From NCBI GenBank assembly GCA_041655035.1, contig JBAZCN010000002.1, forward strand, positions 2,577 through 66,576: 64,000 bases of DNA, written 5' to 3'. The stretch's first letter is position 1; the number at the start of each line of letters is the position of its first letter. The notes below the pieces were generated by a model, which worked only from the letters and a program-made list of their open reading frames with translations, made no database searches and was not told where the DNA came from. The DNA is from Porticoccaceae bacterium (lineage in GTDB: Bacteria > Pseudomonadota > Gammaproteobacteria > Pseudomonadales > Porticoccaceae). Positions 19,305-29,879 of the stretch are shown here, one piece after another. The translations under genes and the position numbers were made by a program.

Positions 19305-21203
19305 TCACCGGGCGCCGTAGTGGAGCTTGCCCTGTGCCGAGAAACAGGTGCGGTTGCGCCCGGTCTGTTTGGCGAGGTAAAGCGCGCGGTCCGCTGCCTT
19401 GACCAGGCTGTCGGGGTCCGCCACGCCCTCTTCCCGGGTGGCCACGCCAATGCTCACGGTCGTCCGTATCACCGCATCCCCGATGGTCAATTCGAGATTC
19501 TCGACCATGTTTCTCAAGCGCTCGGCGGCCTGTACGGCAGTCTTCAGGTCGGTGTTCTGGCAGCTCATCAGGAACTCTTCGCCGCCCATGCGACAGATGC
19601 TCTCATTCTTGCGCACCGAGCGCTGCAGGGCTTCGGCAATGTCCTGCAGCGCCTTGTCGCCGGCGGCGTGGCCGTGGCTATCGTTGATGTCCTTGAAGAA
19701 GTCGATGTCGAGCACCAGCGCTGAGAGGGGCTGGCCAGAGCGCTCGGCGGCGCTCCAGGCCATGGCCAGCGAGTCCATGCCCGCGCGGCGGTTTGGCAGG
19801 CTGGTCAGCAGGTCGGTCATCGCCGCGTGACCGAGCTGGCGATTGCTGGTTGCCAGCTCGGCGGCAAACTGTTTGAGCTGATGCCGATCCTGCTCCCAGG
19901 CGTCGAGTAACTGTACATAGCGCCATGCGGCCCGCAGATGAGCGCTGAGGCCGCCGAGGTTGAGCGGCCGCGACAGCACGTCGTTGGCGCCGGCCTCGAA
20001 GGCGGCGTTGATTTCATCATCCGCCTCGGATGTGGTCAGCATGATGAGGTAGATCTTCCGGCCCCATTCGGTTTCCCGCAGCAAGTGGCACAGTTCGATC
20101 CCTTTCATGTCCGGCAGCATCCAGTCGACGATGACGACCTGGGGCTGGGTCTCGAGGGCCATGGCGCAGGCCTCGTGGCCGCGGGCGGTACACACGGTGC
20201 CGAGCCTGAAGAGGTTGTTCAGCACCGCCTTGAGCAGGTCGAGGGTGCCGCTATCGTCCGTCACCATCAGGGTTCGCGGAGCGGCGCCATCGCTGCCCGC
20301 GGGCTGGGGCGCGGTGCCGGACATCTGCGCAAAGGAAGGCAGCGCCGAGGCGGGCACCTTGAGCAGCGCGCCCCACTCGTGCCACTGGGAAACGAGCTGG
20401 TCCACCGCATGGCCGAGATCGTCGGCGTCCAGGCCGATCTTGCTGCCCAGCAGGAGCAGCTGCGCCGTCTGGTCGTCGCGGTGGGTTTCGTCGGCGATAC
20501 CGAGGTCTGCCACGCACTTGGCCAGATAGAACAGATGGGCCAGCTGGTAGGGACGGGAGCCCGGGGCGAAACCCGAGTCGCTCGGGTTCTCGTGGTGGTA
20601 GACCGGCTCGGCCAGGGCGCTGGGCAGGCCCCATTCCAGCAGCAAGGCCGCGGTCAACTCGTTGTGATTGGTGTGCAGGAGCTCTTGTTCGCGTTGCGCC
20701 AGTGGCGTCGCATCGTCCCGGGCCGCCAGTAGCTGCGCGTATTCAACGGGGTAGAGCGTCGCCAGCGCCAGGCAGCCGATACGGGACATCAGCCCGCAGG
20801 CAAACAGCTCGTCCGGGGAACCTGCCCCGGTGAGCAGGGAGAAATGCTGCATCGCCAGCGCCATCAGCAGGGAGTGCGACCAGAACGACTGGTAGTCGAA
20901 GGTCTGGCAGGGGCCGTTGCGGTACTGGTCGACCAGTGAGAATCCCAGTGCCAGGTTGCGCACGGTGGTCAACCCCAGGCGAGTGATGGCTTCGACCACC
21001 GAGGCGACCGGGCGGTGCCTGCTCACCGCGGCGGAATTGGCCTGGTGGATCAGCCTGCCGGTGAGGGCGGGATCGAGCTGGGCGATGCGCGCCAGATCGT
21101 GGTGGCTGGCTTCAGCGCTGTTGCACAGCTTGAGGATAGCCAACGCCACTCCCTTGGGGCTGGGCAGCTCGTTGGTGACGGGGATATGTTCGAGCTGTTT
21201 CAT
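19305..21203 (-). CDS. HDOD - receiver - GGDEF diguanylate cyclase
   Basis: HDOD: LPSPKGVALAILKL...DPALTGRLIHQANSA. REC-like: MVTDDSG...VIVDWMLPD...MLTT...SRP. GGDEF: RMGGEEF, with RKNE in place of the RxxD I-site. Confidence 0.8.
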   Translation of the reverse strand: MKQLEHIPVTNELPSPKGVALAILKLCNSAEASHHDLARIAQLDPALTGRLIHQANSAAVSRHRPVASVVEAITRLGLTTVRNLALGFSLVDQYRNGPCQTFDYQSFWSHSLLMALAMQHFSLLTGAGSPDELFACGLMSRIGCLALATLYPVEYAQLLAARDDATPLAQREQELLHTNHNELTAALLLEWGLPSALAEPVYHHENPSDSGFAPGSRPYQLAHLFYLAKCVADLGIADETHRDDQTAQLLLLGSKIGLDADDLGHAVDQLVSQWHEWGALLKVPASALPSFAQMSGTAPQPAGSDGAAPRTLMVTDDSGTLDLLKAVLNNLFRLGTVCTARGHEACAMALETQPQVVIVDWMLPDMKGIELCHLLRETEWGRKIYLIMLTTSEADDEINAAFEAGANDVLSRPLNLGGLSAHLRAAWRYVQLLDAWEQDRHQLKQFAAELATSNRQLGHAAMTDLLTSLPNRRAGMDSLAMAWSAAERSGQPLSALVLDIDFFKDINDSHGHAAGDKALQDIAEALQRSVRKNESICRMGGEEFLMSCQNTDLKTAVQAAERLRNMVENLELTIGDAVIRTTVSIGVATREEGVADPDSLVKAADRALYLAKQTGRNRTCFSAQGKLHYGAR

Positions 21204-21432
21204 CAGGCTCCTGTGACAGAGTATCTATCCGCTCCCGCCGAGGCCGTCCGCGAATGGGGAAGCGGCCCGGTAGTCGGAGAGTATCCCTGTTTGTCCAGTA
21301 CGACTCAACTGGCAGAATGTCAGTACTTTCGTTTTTGTTCTGGCCGGCAGCGTCCCGCCAACTGCCGCTGGCTGTTTAGGTCACCAACGCTCCGCGGCAC
21401 GCGTTCAGCGCGATGAGCGGCAGCGTCCGTAC

Positions 21433-23808
21433 TCATAATGGCCACTTCCACTCGGTGATTTCGGCGGCGTCGATACCGTGCTTGTGGGCGTGATGGCGAC
21501 AGGCGATGCGCATGTCCCGCAACTTTTCCTTTACATGGGCGCCGCTGGTTTGCAGTGCCGGCACCCGGTCGATGACGTCGATGGCGAGGCTGAAGCGGTC
21601 GATATTGTTGTCGATGGCCAGTTCCATGGGGGTGTTGATGTTGCCGCGCTCCTTGTAGCCGCGCACATGCAGGTTCTTGTGGTTGGTGCGGCGGTAGGCG
21701 AGGCGGTGGATCAGCCAGGGGTAGCCGTGGAAGTTGAAGATCACCGGCTTGTCGGTGGTGAACAGGCTGTCGAAGTCGCGGTCGGACAGGCCGTGGGGGT
21801 GGGCGTCGGACGGCGCCATGCGGAACAGATCGACCACGTTGATGAAGCGAATCTTGAGGGCGGGGAAGTGCTCCCGCAGCAGGGCGGTGGCGGCCAGCGC
21901 CTCCTGGGTGGCGATGTCGCCGCAGCCGGCCATCACCGCATCGGGCTCCGCGCCCTGGTCATTGCTGGCCCAGTCCCAGATGCCGATACCCTTGGTGCAA
22001 TGGATGGTGGCGGCCTCCATGTCCAGGTACTGCAGGTGATTCTGCTTGTCGCAGACGATGACGTTGATGTCGTTGTGGCTGCGCAGGCAGTGATCGGCGG
22101 TGGACAGCAGGCAGTTGGCATCCGGCGGCAGGTAGATGCGGGTGACCGCCGGATCCTTGTTGACCACCACGTCGATGAAGCCCGGGTCCTGGTGGGTAAA
22201 GCCGTTGTGGTCCTGACGCCACACCGTGGAGGTGATCAGCAGGTTGATGGAGGCGATGGGCGCCCGCCAGGGCAGTTTTTCACAAATCGCCAGCCACTTG
22301 GCATGCTGGTTGTACATCGAATCGATGATGTGGGCAAAGGCTTCGTAGGTGGCGAAGAAGCCGTGCCGGCCGGTGAGCACGTAGCCTTCGTACCAGCCTT
22401 CGAGGGTGTGTTCGGACAGCATCTCCAACACCCTGCCATCGGTGGCCAGTTCGCCGCCGTCATCGTCCTCGGGCAGGCGCTCCGCCAGCCACAGCTTCTT
22501 GCTGACCTCGTACACCGCGTCGAGCTTGTTGGAGGTGGTTTCGTCTGGCCCGAACAGGCGAAAATTGTCCTGGTTGAGGGCCATGATGTCGCGCAGCAGG
22601 GCGCCGAGGGGCCTGGTGTTCATGGCGCGACCGCTGCCTGGGCTCGCCACCTCCACGGCATAATCGTGAAAATCCGGCAGGCGCAGGTCGCGGCGCAACA
22701 GCCCGCCGTTGGCATGGGGGTTGGCGCCCATGCGCCGCTGGCCGGTCGGCGCCAGGGCGCGCAGTGGCGCGATCAGGCGGCCGGTTTCGTCGAACAGTGT
22801 TTCCGGCCGGTAGCTGCGCAGCCAATGTTCGAGCTGTTGCAGGTGGCCCGGGTTGTCGCGGGCGCCGGGCAGCGGCACCTGGTGGGCGCGCCAGGTGCCC
22901 TCCACCTGGTGGCCGTCGACGGTTTTCGGCCCGGTCCAGCCCTTGGGGGTGCGCAGCACGATCATCGGCCAGCGCGGCCGCTCCACCACACCACTGGATC
23001 TGACCCGATGCTGGATGGCGCGGATTTCCTCCACGCAGCGGTCCATGGCCGCGGCCATCGACTGGTGCATGACCTGTGGATCGTCGCCTTCGACGAACAC
23101 CGGCGTCCAGCCGTAACCGCGGAACAGGTTGTCCAGCTCCTCGTGGGAAATGCGCGCGAGGATGGTGGGGTTGTTGATCTTGTAGCCGTTGAGATGGAGG
23201 ATCGGCAACACCGCGCCGTCCCGCAACGGGTTGAGGAATTTGTTGGAGTGCCAGGCGGTGGCCAGGGGCCCGGTCTCGGCCTCGCCGTCGCCGACGGCGG
23301 TAAAGACGATCAGTTCGGGGTTGTCGAATGCCGCACCGAAGGCGTGGGACAGGCTGTAGCCCAGCTCGCCGCCCTCGTGGATCGAACCCGGCAGCTCCGG
23401 TGTGCAATGGCTGCCAAAGCCGCCGGGGAAGGAAAACTCCTTGAACAGGGCCTGCAGGCCGTGGCTGTCCTGGCTCATGTTCGGGTAGACCTCGGAGTAG
23501 CTGCCCTCCAGGTAGACCGGGGCGAGCACGCCGGGAGCGCCGTGGCCGGGCCCGGCGACAAAGATCGCATCGAGGTCGAAGCGCTTGATCAGCCGGTTGG
23601 CGTGAACATACATGAAGGAGAGCCCGGGGCTGGCGCCCCAGTGCCCGAGCAGGCGCTGCTTGATGTGCTCGGGTTTCAGGGGTTCGCGCAGCAGCGGGTT
23701 GTCGCGCAGGTAGATCATTCCCGCCGCCAGGTAGTTACAGGCGCGCCAGTAGGCGTCGATGGCGTCGAGGTCCGCGGCGGAGAGAGGCTGATGGCTGGCT
23801 GAAGTCAT
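21433..23808 (-). CDS. xfp: Xylulose-5-P/fructose-6-P phosphoketolase
   Basis: ATG 23808 ([10 protein letters not shown]). Motifs [11 protein letters not shown] and EGGELGY. ~791 aa, typical of this TPP enzyme. Confidence 0.9.
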   Translation of the reverse strand: MTSASHQPLSAADLDAIDAYWRACNYLAAGMIYLRDNPLLREPLKPEHIKQRLLGHWGASPGLSFMYVHANRLIKRFDLDAIFVAGPGHGAPGVLAPVYLEGSYSEVYPNMSQDSHGLQALFKEFSFPGGFGSHCTPELPGSIHEGGELGYSLSHAFGAAFDNPELIVFTAVGDGEAETGPLATAWHSNKFLNPLRDGAVLPILHLNGYKINNPTILARISHEELDNLFRGYGWTPVFVEGDDPQVMHQSMAAAMDRCVEEIRAIQHRVRSSGVVERPRWPMIVLRTPKGWTGPKTVDGHQVEGTWRAHQVPLPGARDNPGHLQQLEHWLRSYRPETLFDETGRLIAPLRALAPTGQRRMGANPHANGGLLRRDLRLPDFHDYAVEVASPGSGRAMNTRPLGALLRDIMALNQDNFRLFGPDETTSNKLDAVYEVSKKLWLAERLPEDDDGGELATDGRVLEMLSEHTLEGWYEGYVLTGRHGFFATYEAFAHIIDSMYNQHAKWLAICEKLPWRAPIASINLLITSTVWRQDHNGFTHQDPGFIDVVVNKDPAVTRIYLPPDANCLLSTADHCLRSHNDINVIVCDKQNHLQYLDMEAATIHCTKGIGIWDWASNDQGAEPDAVMAGCGDIATQEALAATALLREHFPALKIRFINVVDLFRMAPSDAHPHGLSDRDFDSLFTTDKPVIFNFHGYPWLIHRLAYRRTNHKNLHVRGYKERGNINTPMELAIDNNIDRFSLAIDVIDRVPALQTSGAHVKEKLRDMRIACRHHAHKHGIDAAEITEWKWPL

Positions 23809-23920
23809 GGCTGCTTCCTGATGATTGTGAGGCTCGGTTGCGCCTCGCCCGGGAGTGTCCAACAACAGCCTATCCTATCGGGAGGGAAAGTGATAATGCG
23901 CCAACGCAAGATGCCGGCAC

Positions 23921-25117
23921 TCAGCCGGTGCTTATCAAGTCGCTGAGCTGGCGGGCGATTTCCAGTTCTTCATTGGTGCGGATCACCAGGATCCTGGGGT
24001 TCGCGCCGGGGTGCTGGATCTCGGCGATCTCGCCGGTGGCGGCCGCGTTGCGGGCCGGATCGATGGCGATACCGAGGCGGTCGAGTCCCTGGCAGGCGAG
24101 GGCCCGCACCTGCGGGTGATTTTCACCCACCCCGGCGGTGAAGATCAGGGCGTCGACACCGCCGAGGGCGGCGAAGTAGGCGCCGATGTACTTGCGGATC
24201 CGGTAGCCGTAGATGTCCAGCGCCAATTGCGCCTGCGCGTCGCCGGCTGCCGTCCGGGTGCGGATCTCGCGCATGTCGCTGGCGCCGCACAGGCCCTTGA
24301 GGCCGCTCTCGGCAAGCAGCAGCTGTTCCACCGCCGCCAGGTCATCGCCCCGCTCCCGGGCCAGGTGGAAGATCACCGCCGGGTCGATATCGCCACAGCG
24401 GGTGCCCATCACCAGACCTTCCAGGGGCGTCATGCCCATGGAGGTGTCGATACACTGACCGCCATCGATGGCCGCGGCGCTGGCGCCGTTGCCCAGGTGC
24501 AGGCTGATCAGCTTGAGAGCGGCCAGCGGTCGCTGTAGATAGGTGGCGGCGCGGCCCGCCACATGGCTGTGCGAAATGCCGTGGAAGCCGTAGCGGCGCA
24601 CCTGGTGGCGGCGATACAGGGTGTCCGGCACAGCGTAGCGCCACGCCCGTTCGGGGAGTGTCTGGTGATAGGCGGTATCGAATACCGCCGCCTGGGGCAG
24701 CCGGGGAAATTCCCGGCGGCACAGGCGGATCACCGCCAGGCTGGCCGGATTGTGCAGCGGGGCGAGCGGGATCAGCGCTTCGATGGCGGCTTCGACGCGA
24801 TCGTCGATGGTTGCCGGTGCGCTGAAATGGTCGCCGCCGTGAACGACGCGGTGGCCGATGGCGGCTATCGCCAGGCCGTCTGCAGCCTCCGCCAGGTGCC
24901 GGCGGATAAGGGCGAAGGCCGCGCCGTGGTCGGCCACGGCAAGGTTTTCGGTGGTCGCTTGCCAGACGCCTTCGCCGTCGCGCCAGTGGTGGCTTTGGTG
25001 AGCGGAGGCCAGGCCAATGCGGTCGACCGTGCCGTGGCCGCTGTCGGCCAGCCCGTCGGCACTGAACAGCCGGTATTTGAGAGACGAACTCCCGGCGTTA
25101 AGGATCAGCAGGTGCAT
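23921..25117 (-). CDS. ackA: Acetate kinase
   Basis: [16 protein letters not shown]-terminus and RYGFHGISH. Directly upstream of xfp. Confidence 0.9.
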   Translation of the reverse strand: MHLLILNAGSSSLKYRLFSADGLADSGHGTVDRIGLASAHQSHHWRDGEGVWQATTENLAVADHGAAFALIRRHLAEAADGLAIAAIGHRVVHGGDHFSAPATIDDRVEAAIEALIPLAPLHNPASLAVIRLCRREFPRLPQAAVFDTAYHQTLPERAWRYAVPDTLYRRHQVRRYGFHGISHSHVAGRAATYLQRPLAALKLISLHLGNGASAAAIDGGQCIDTSMGMTPLEGLVMGTRCGDIDPAVIFHLARERGDDLAAVEQLLLAESGLKGLCGASDMREIRTRTAAGDAQAQLALDIYGYRIRKYIGAYFAALGGVDALIFTAGVGENHPQVRALACQGLDRLGIAIDPARNAAATGEIAEIQHPGANPRILVIRTNEELEIARQLSDLISTG

Positions 25118-27206
25118 CGTGTCGCTCCTCCGTGCGCTCCGACAGGGCGCGGGCAATGTCCGCCACCACCAGGCGCGAACCTTCGAGGCTCAGATGATCT
25201 TCGTCAAAATACAGGGGCTTGCCATCGCGGGCCAGCAGGCAGCGGCCGGGGATCGAGGTATTGCACAAAAGCGCCGCGGGCCGGATGCGCAGCAGCGCGG
25301 GATGGTCGGCCAGCGCATCCAGAACCTTGTTGGCCGCCCTGTTGCGCGCTTCGAATACCCGGTAGTCGGTGGAGAACTCCGGCGCCGGGGACTCTCCCCG
25401 GTCGAGAACGCGGGCCATCAGATTGGGCACGTGCCATCCGGCTTCCGGTACCGGGTAGACCACGACCACGGTTTTGCCGGCGGCGAGATAGTGGCTGACG
25501 GTATCCTGGACGCGGGCGGCAATCAGGCGGCGGCGCGCGGCATCGTCGTCGCGCCAGCCGTCATCGCCGACCGGGGCCAGCAGGGACTGGTTTTCGTCCG
25601 GCTCGACGCCGCCCTCCTGGTTGTCGAAGGGCGTGTTTTCCATGTACAGGGTCCAGCGGGCGGCGAGGATCACCGTGTCGATGGCGGGTTGGTCGTCGAG
25701 CAGCGCCCGCACCGCGTCGTTGTAGGCGGCACAGCGGTGGGCCTCGTCCTTGTCGGCGCGGTACACCCCGGCCACCGGCGGGCAGCCGCTGTAGGTGAGC
25801 AGGGTGGCGTTGCGACCCGCGCTGGCAAAATAATTGCCCAGCTCCGAGTAGAGCGCTTCGGCGTGGCTGTCCCCCAACACCGCCACGGACACCGGGGCGC
25901 CGGGATCGCCGGCGTTGCAGACATCGACGGCGGGGGGTAGGTCGCGCTTGCTTTCCTTACCGCACAAATCTTCCTTGGTGTGGCGCAAGCCCTCGAACAG
26001 TTGGCGCACCTGCTGTCCGGAGCGGTCGGCGAAGCCGTGGTTGAGATGCAGGGTGGCGCCGATGGCAATCAATGCCAGCGAGCCGGCCGCGGCAAAGCCG
26101 AAAATGGCGCGGCGCGACACCCGCCGGCGATCGCGAAAAGGCTGCTCGACAAAGCGCCAGCTGAGCCCGGCGAGGGCCAGGGCGGCCAGGCAAAGCGCCG
26201 CCAGCACCCCGGTGTCCGGCTCGTTGGGCTGGTACAGCCGGGCAAAGGCGAACAGCGGCTGGTGCCACAGGTAAGCGCTGTAGGATACCAGGCCGATGGC
26301 CACCAGCCAGCGCCGGGATAACAGGCTGCCGACCCAGGTATCGCGGTGGCCGAAACCGATGATCAGCGCGGTGCCGACGGTGGGTAGCAGGGCGGCGAGG
26401 CCGGGGAAGGGCGTCGCCCGGTCGAAGGTGGCCATCGCTACCAGGATCAGCCCGAGGCCGGCGGCGGCGAGCCCGTTGCCGGCCATCCCGCCGGCGCGGT
26501 CGCCGGGGAGGAGTCCGGCGGGGTTGCCGATGAACCGCGCGGCCAGCAGGCTGCCGATCAGCAACTCCCAGGCACGGGTGTGGGGCAGGTAGAAGCTGGC
26601 GATGGCGTCGCGCCCGGTGGTCCACTCGCACATCAGCAGCGAGGCGGCGGTGAGCAGCGCGACCAGCAGGGTCAGCCGGCGCAGGCCCAGCGGCCACAGC
26701 AGCAGGAGCAGCAGGGGGAAAAACAGGTAATACTGTTCTTCGACGCCAAGGCTCCAGGTGTGCAGCAGGGGATTTTCCTCCGCCGCCGAGGCGAAGTAGT
26801 CGCTGGTGCGCCAGAACAGGACGTTGGCGCCGAACAATGATACCGCCACTAGGCCGAGGCCGAACTCGCGGAGCTGTTGCGCGGTCATCCACAGCCAGGC
26901 GAAGGGCAGGCAGGCGGTCAGCACCAGGAACAGCGCCGGCAGGATGCGCCGCGCGCGGCGCTCGTAGAAGCGCAGCAGCGAGAAGGTGCCAGCGGCTTTT
27001 TCGCGCAGGATGATGGTGGTGATCAGGTAGCCGCTGATGACAAAAAAGATATCGACGCCGACGAAGCCCCCCGCCATCCAGTCGAAACCGGCGTGAAACA
27101 GGATGACCGGCAGTACCGCGAGGGCGCGCAGGCCGTCGATTTCCGCCCGATAGGCCAGCGCCGGGTGGGGTGATCGGGGTTCCGTGGCGGGGCTGGCTGG
27201 TGGCAA
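25098..27206 (-). CDS. Acyltransferase-3 family membrane protein with C-terminal SGNH-like domain (OafA/YrhL type)
   Basis: [22 protein letters not shown], about 10 TM helices, distal [12 protein letters not shown]. Apparent TTG start at 27206. The stop overlaps the ackA start by 20 nt. Confidence 0.75.
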   Translation of the reverse strand: MPPASPATEPRSPHPALAYRAEIDGLRALAVLPVILFHAGFDWMAGGFVGVDIFFVISGYLITTIILREKAAGTFSLLRFYERRARRILPALFLVLTACLPFAWLWMTAQQLREFGLGLVAVSLFGANVLFWRTSDYFASAAEENPLLHTWSLGVEEQYYLFFPLLLLLLWPLGLRRLTLLVALLTAASLLMCEWTTGRDAIASFYLPHTRAWELLIGSLLAARFIGNPAGLLPGDRAGGMAGNGLAAAGLGLILVAMATFDRATPFPGLAALLPTVGTALIIGFGHRDTWVGSLLSRRWLVAIGLVSYSAYLWHQPLFAFARLYQPNEPDTGVLAALCLAALALAGLSWRFVEQPFRDRRRVSRRAIFGFAAAGSLALIAIGATLHLNHGFADRSGQQVRQLFEGLRHTKEDLCGKESKRDLPPAVDVCNAGDPGAPVSVAVLGDSHAEALYSELGNYFASAGRNATLLTYSGCPPVAGVYRADKDEAHRCAAYNDAVRALLDDQPAIDTVILAARWTLYMENTPFDNQEGGVEPDENQSLLAPVGDDGWRDDDAARRRLIAARVQDTVSHYLAAGKTVVVVYPVPEAGWHVPNLMARVLDRGESPAPEFSTDYRVFEARNRAANKVLDALADHPALLRIRPAALLCNTSIPGRCLLARDGKPLYFDEDHLSLEGSRLVVADIARALSERTEERHDAPADP

Positions 27207-27364
27207 GATCGGGTCTGTCGGCGACTATCGTTGGCGGCAGTATAAACGAGGGTTTGCCAAACACTGAACCGTGCCGTCCGTCGTTCCGCCGGCGCAGCCC
27301 TTTATTTGGCGGCCAGAGGCCAGTAAAATTGCCCCCTTTTCCCCAAGCTCCCCAAAGGACCCCT

Positions 27365-28489
27365 ATGAAACCGTCGCTCAAGCCGGCCAACCCCAACTTT
27401 TCCTCCGGACCCTGCAGCAAGCGCCCGGGCTACGATCTCGCCAGCCTGGACACCCGGAGCCTGGGGCGCTCCCACCGCGCCGCGATCGGCAAGGATCTGC
27501 TCGGCAAAGCCTGTTCGCTGACCGCGGCGATCCTCGGCCTGCCGGAAGGTTACCGGGTGGGCGTGGTGCCGGCCTCCGATACCGGCGCGGTGGAGATGGC
27601 GCTGTGGTCACTGCTCGGGCCGCGCAAGGTGCAGATGTTTGCCTGGGAATCCTTCGGCGAGGGTTGGGTCACCGACGTGGTGAAGCAGCTCAAGCTCGAC
27701 GACGTCGAGACCATCAAGGCCGACTACGGCCAACTGCCGGACCTCGGCCGCGCCGATCCCGCCGCCGACGTGGTGTTCACCTGGAACGGCACCACCTCCG
27801 GAGTCAAGGTGCCCGACGGCGACTGGATCGCCGACGACCGCCATGGCTTGACCATTTGCGACGCCACGTCGGCGGTGTTCGCCATGGACATGCCCTGGGA
27901 GAAGCTCGACGTCATCACCTACAGCTGGCAGAAGGTGCTGGGCGGTGAAGGCGCCCACGGCATGTTGATCCTCGGCCCGAGGGCGGTGGCGCGGCTCGAG
28001 TCCTACACGCCGCCGTGGCCGCTGCCGAAAATCTTCCGCATGACCAAGGGTGGCAAGCTGATCGAGGGCATCTTCAAGGGCGAGACCATCAACACCCCGT
28101 CGATGCTTTGCGTGGTCGATTACCTCGACGCGCTCGACTGGGTGCAGGACATCGGCGGCGTTGCCGCGACCATCGCCCGCTCCGAGGCCAATCTCGCGGT
28201 GATCGAGGAGTTCGTCGCCGGGCGCGAATGGATCAGCTTCCTCGCCGCCGACAAGGCGGTGCGCTCCAATACCAGTGTCTGCCTGACCCTGGATCTCGAT
28301 GCCGATCAGGTCAAGGCGGTCGTCAAGCTGCTCGATGCGGAGGGCGTGGCCTACGACGTCGGCGCCTACCGGGACGCTCCCGCCGGACTGCGTATCTGGT
28401 GCGGTGCCACGGTGTCCAGCGACGACCTGCAAAAACTGATGCCCTGGATCGAATGGGCCTATCTTGAGGTGAAAAACCGGCAGGCTTGA
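27365..28489 (+). CDS. serC: Phosphoserine aminotransferase (short SerC type)
   Basis: ATG 27365. [24 protein letters not shown]-terminus. PLP-Lys context [11 protein letters not shown]. Confidence 0.85.
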   Translation: MKPSLKPANPNFSSGPCSKRPGYDLASLDTRSLGRSHRAAIGKDLLGKACSLTAAILGLPEGYRVGVVPASDTGAVEMALWSLLGPRKVQMFAWESFGEGWVTDVVKQLKLDDVETIKADYGQLPDLGRADPAADVVFTWNGTTSGVKVPDGDWIADDRHGLTICDATSAVFAMDMPWEKLDVITYSWQKVLGGEGAHGMLILGPRAVARLESYTPPWPLPKIFRMTKGGKLIEGIFKGETINTPSMLCVVDYLDALDWVQDIGGVAATIARSEANLAVIEEFVAGREWISFLAADKAVRSNTSVCLTLDLDADQVKAVVKLLDAEGVAYDVGAYRDAPAGLRIWCGATVSSDDLQKLMPWIEWAYLEVKNRQA

Positions 28490-28559
28490 GGTGAAAACCC
28501 AGCGGGTCGACGACGCCGGGCCGGGCGCTACCAATTCATTCACTTACTGAGGCAATGCC

Positions 28560-29729
28560 ATGTTCAAGGTGCGAACCTACAACCAGATATCTCCCCTCGG
28601 CCTCGACCGCTTCGATGCCGGTCGCTACCAGGTTGGCCCGGAGGTGGCGGAGCCCGACGCCTTTATCCTGCGCAGCCACAAGCTCCACGGCGAGGCGGTG
28701 CCCGGCAGTATCGTCGCGGTGGCCCGCGCCGGCGCCGGCGTCAACAATATTCCGGTACCGGACTACACCGCCAAGGGCATCGTCGTGTTCAACACCCCGG
28801 GCGCCAACGCCAATGCCGTCAAGGAGCTGATCGCCGCGGCGCTGCTGCTCAGTTCGCGGGATATCTTCGGCGGCATGAACTACGTCCAGGGGCTCACCGA
28901 GATGACCGATGCCGGCGAGATGTCGAAGCTGCTGGAGAAGGAGAAAAAGCGTTTCGCGGGCTTCGAGATCCAGGGCAAGACCCTGGGGGTGGTGGGGCTG
29001 GGGGCCATCGGTTCGATGGTGGCCAATATGGCCCTCGAGTTGGGCATGAATGTCGCCGGCTTTGACCCGGCACTGTCGGTGGAAGCGGCCTGGCGGCTGT
29101 CCAGCCGGGTCGAAAAGGTCGATACCCTGCAGGCCCTGCTCGCCAAATCCGACTATGTGACGCTCCATGTGCCGGCGATCAGCGCCACCCGGCACATGAT
29201 CAACGCCGAGACCTTCAAGTACTTCAAGGCCGGCGCCAAGCTGCTCAATTTCGCCCGGGAGGAGATCGTCGAGCCGCAGGCGCTGGTCGAGGCCCTCGAT
29301 AACGGCACCCTGGGCGGCTACACCGCCGATTTCCCCACCCCGGCGCTGCTCGGCCGCAGGAACGTGGTGCTGATGCCCCATATCGGCGCGAGCACCGAGG
29401 AAGCCGAGGAAAACTGCGCGATCATGGCCGCCGATCAGCTGATGGATTTCCTCGAGTACGGCAATATCCGCAATTCGGTGAACTTCCCCACCACCGCCAT
29501 GGCGCGCAATGGTGGTCACCGCATCACCTTCAGCAACGACAACGTGCCCAAGGTGCTCGGCAACGTGCTGGCCATCCTGGCCGACAGCAACAACAACGTC
29601 ATGGATCTGGTCAACAAGAGCCGGGATAACGTCGCCTACAACATCATCGATGTCGAAGACGCGCCCAGCGCCGAGATCATTACCCGTATCGCCGCGGTCG
29701 AAGGCGTGATCCGCGTCCGGGTCCTGTAG
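28560..29729 (+). CDS. serA: D-3-phosphoglycerate dehydrogenase
   Basis: NAD motif GVVGLGAIGSMVA and catalytic HIGASTEE. C-terminal ACT-like segment. Confidence 0.85.
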   Translation: MFKVRTYNQISPLGLDRFDAGRYQVGPEVAEPDAFILRSHKLHGEAVPGSIVAVARAGAGVNNIPVPDYTAKGIVVFNTPGANANAVKELIAAALLLSSRDIFGGMNYVQGLTEMTDAGEMSKLLEKEKKRFAGFEIQGKTLGVVGLGAIGSMVANMALELGMNVAGFDPALSVEAAWRLSSRVEKVDTLQALLAKSDYVTLHVPAISATRHMINAETFKYFKAGAKLLNFAREEIVEPQALVEALDNGTLGGYTADFPTPALLGRRNVVLMPHIGASTEEAEENCAIMAADQLMDFLEYGNIRNSVNFPTTAMARNGGHRITFSNDNVPKVLGNVLAILADSNNNVMDLVNKSRDNVAYNIIDVEDAPSAEIITRIAAVEGVIRVRVL

Positions 29730-29879
29730 CCGTTCCGGGGGCAGTCGCGCGACTGCCCCTGCTCCTTCCTTCTGGCTCCCTTCCGGGAGCCCGTCCCATT
29801 CCGCGAAGGCGACAGCGGCCGCGCCCGGCGCTGGCTTTGCCGCGCGACGAGGGTGGGCGGCGACCCATCCAGCGGGCGA

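Noticed and set aside
13013-21203. tRNA-Thr-anchored genomic island carrying the SMC-like operon and the GGDEF gene.
   Set aside because: There is no integrase or recombinase and no direct repeat of the tRNA 3' end that I could find in the window. GC and codon style look native. The idea is kept only as a caveat under the findings.
21204-21432. Possible regulatory RNA or terminator in the 229-nt gap between the xfp stop and the GGDEF gene start (hairpin CGGCAG-N11-CTGCCG near 21345-21367).
   Set aside because: The stem is short with a large loop and no U-tract. Nothing distinguishes it from random GC-rich pairing.
29738-29791. Perfect palindrome GGGGCAGTCGCGCGACTGCCCC and a second hairpin GGCTCCCTTCCGGGAGCC after serA, considered as annotated terminators.
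   Set aside because: Neither is followed by a clear U-tract. They may stabilise the 3' end or act between the convergent serA and kinase genes, but I cannot support a terminator call with confidence.
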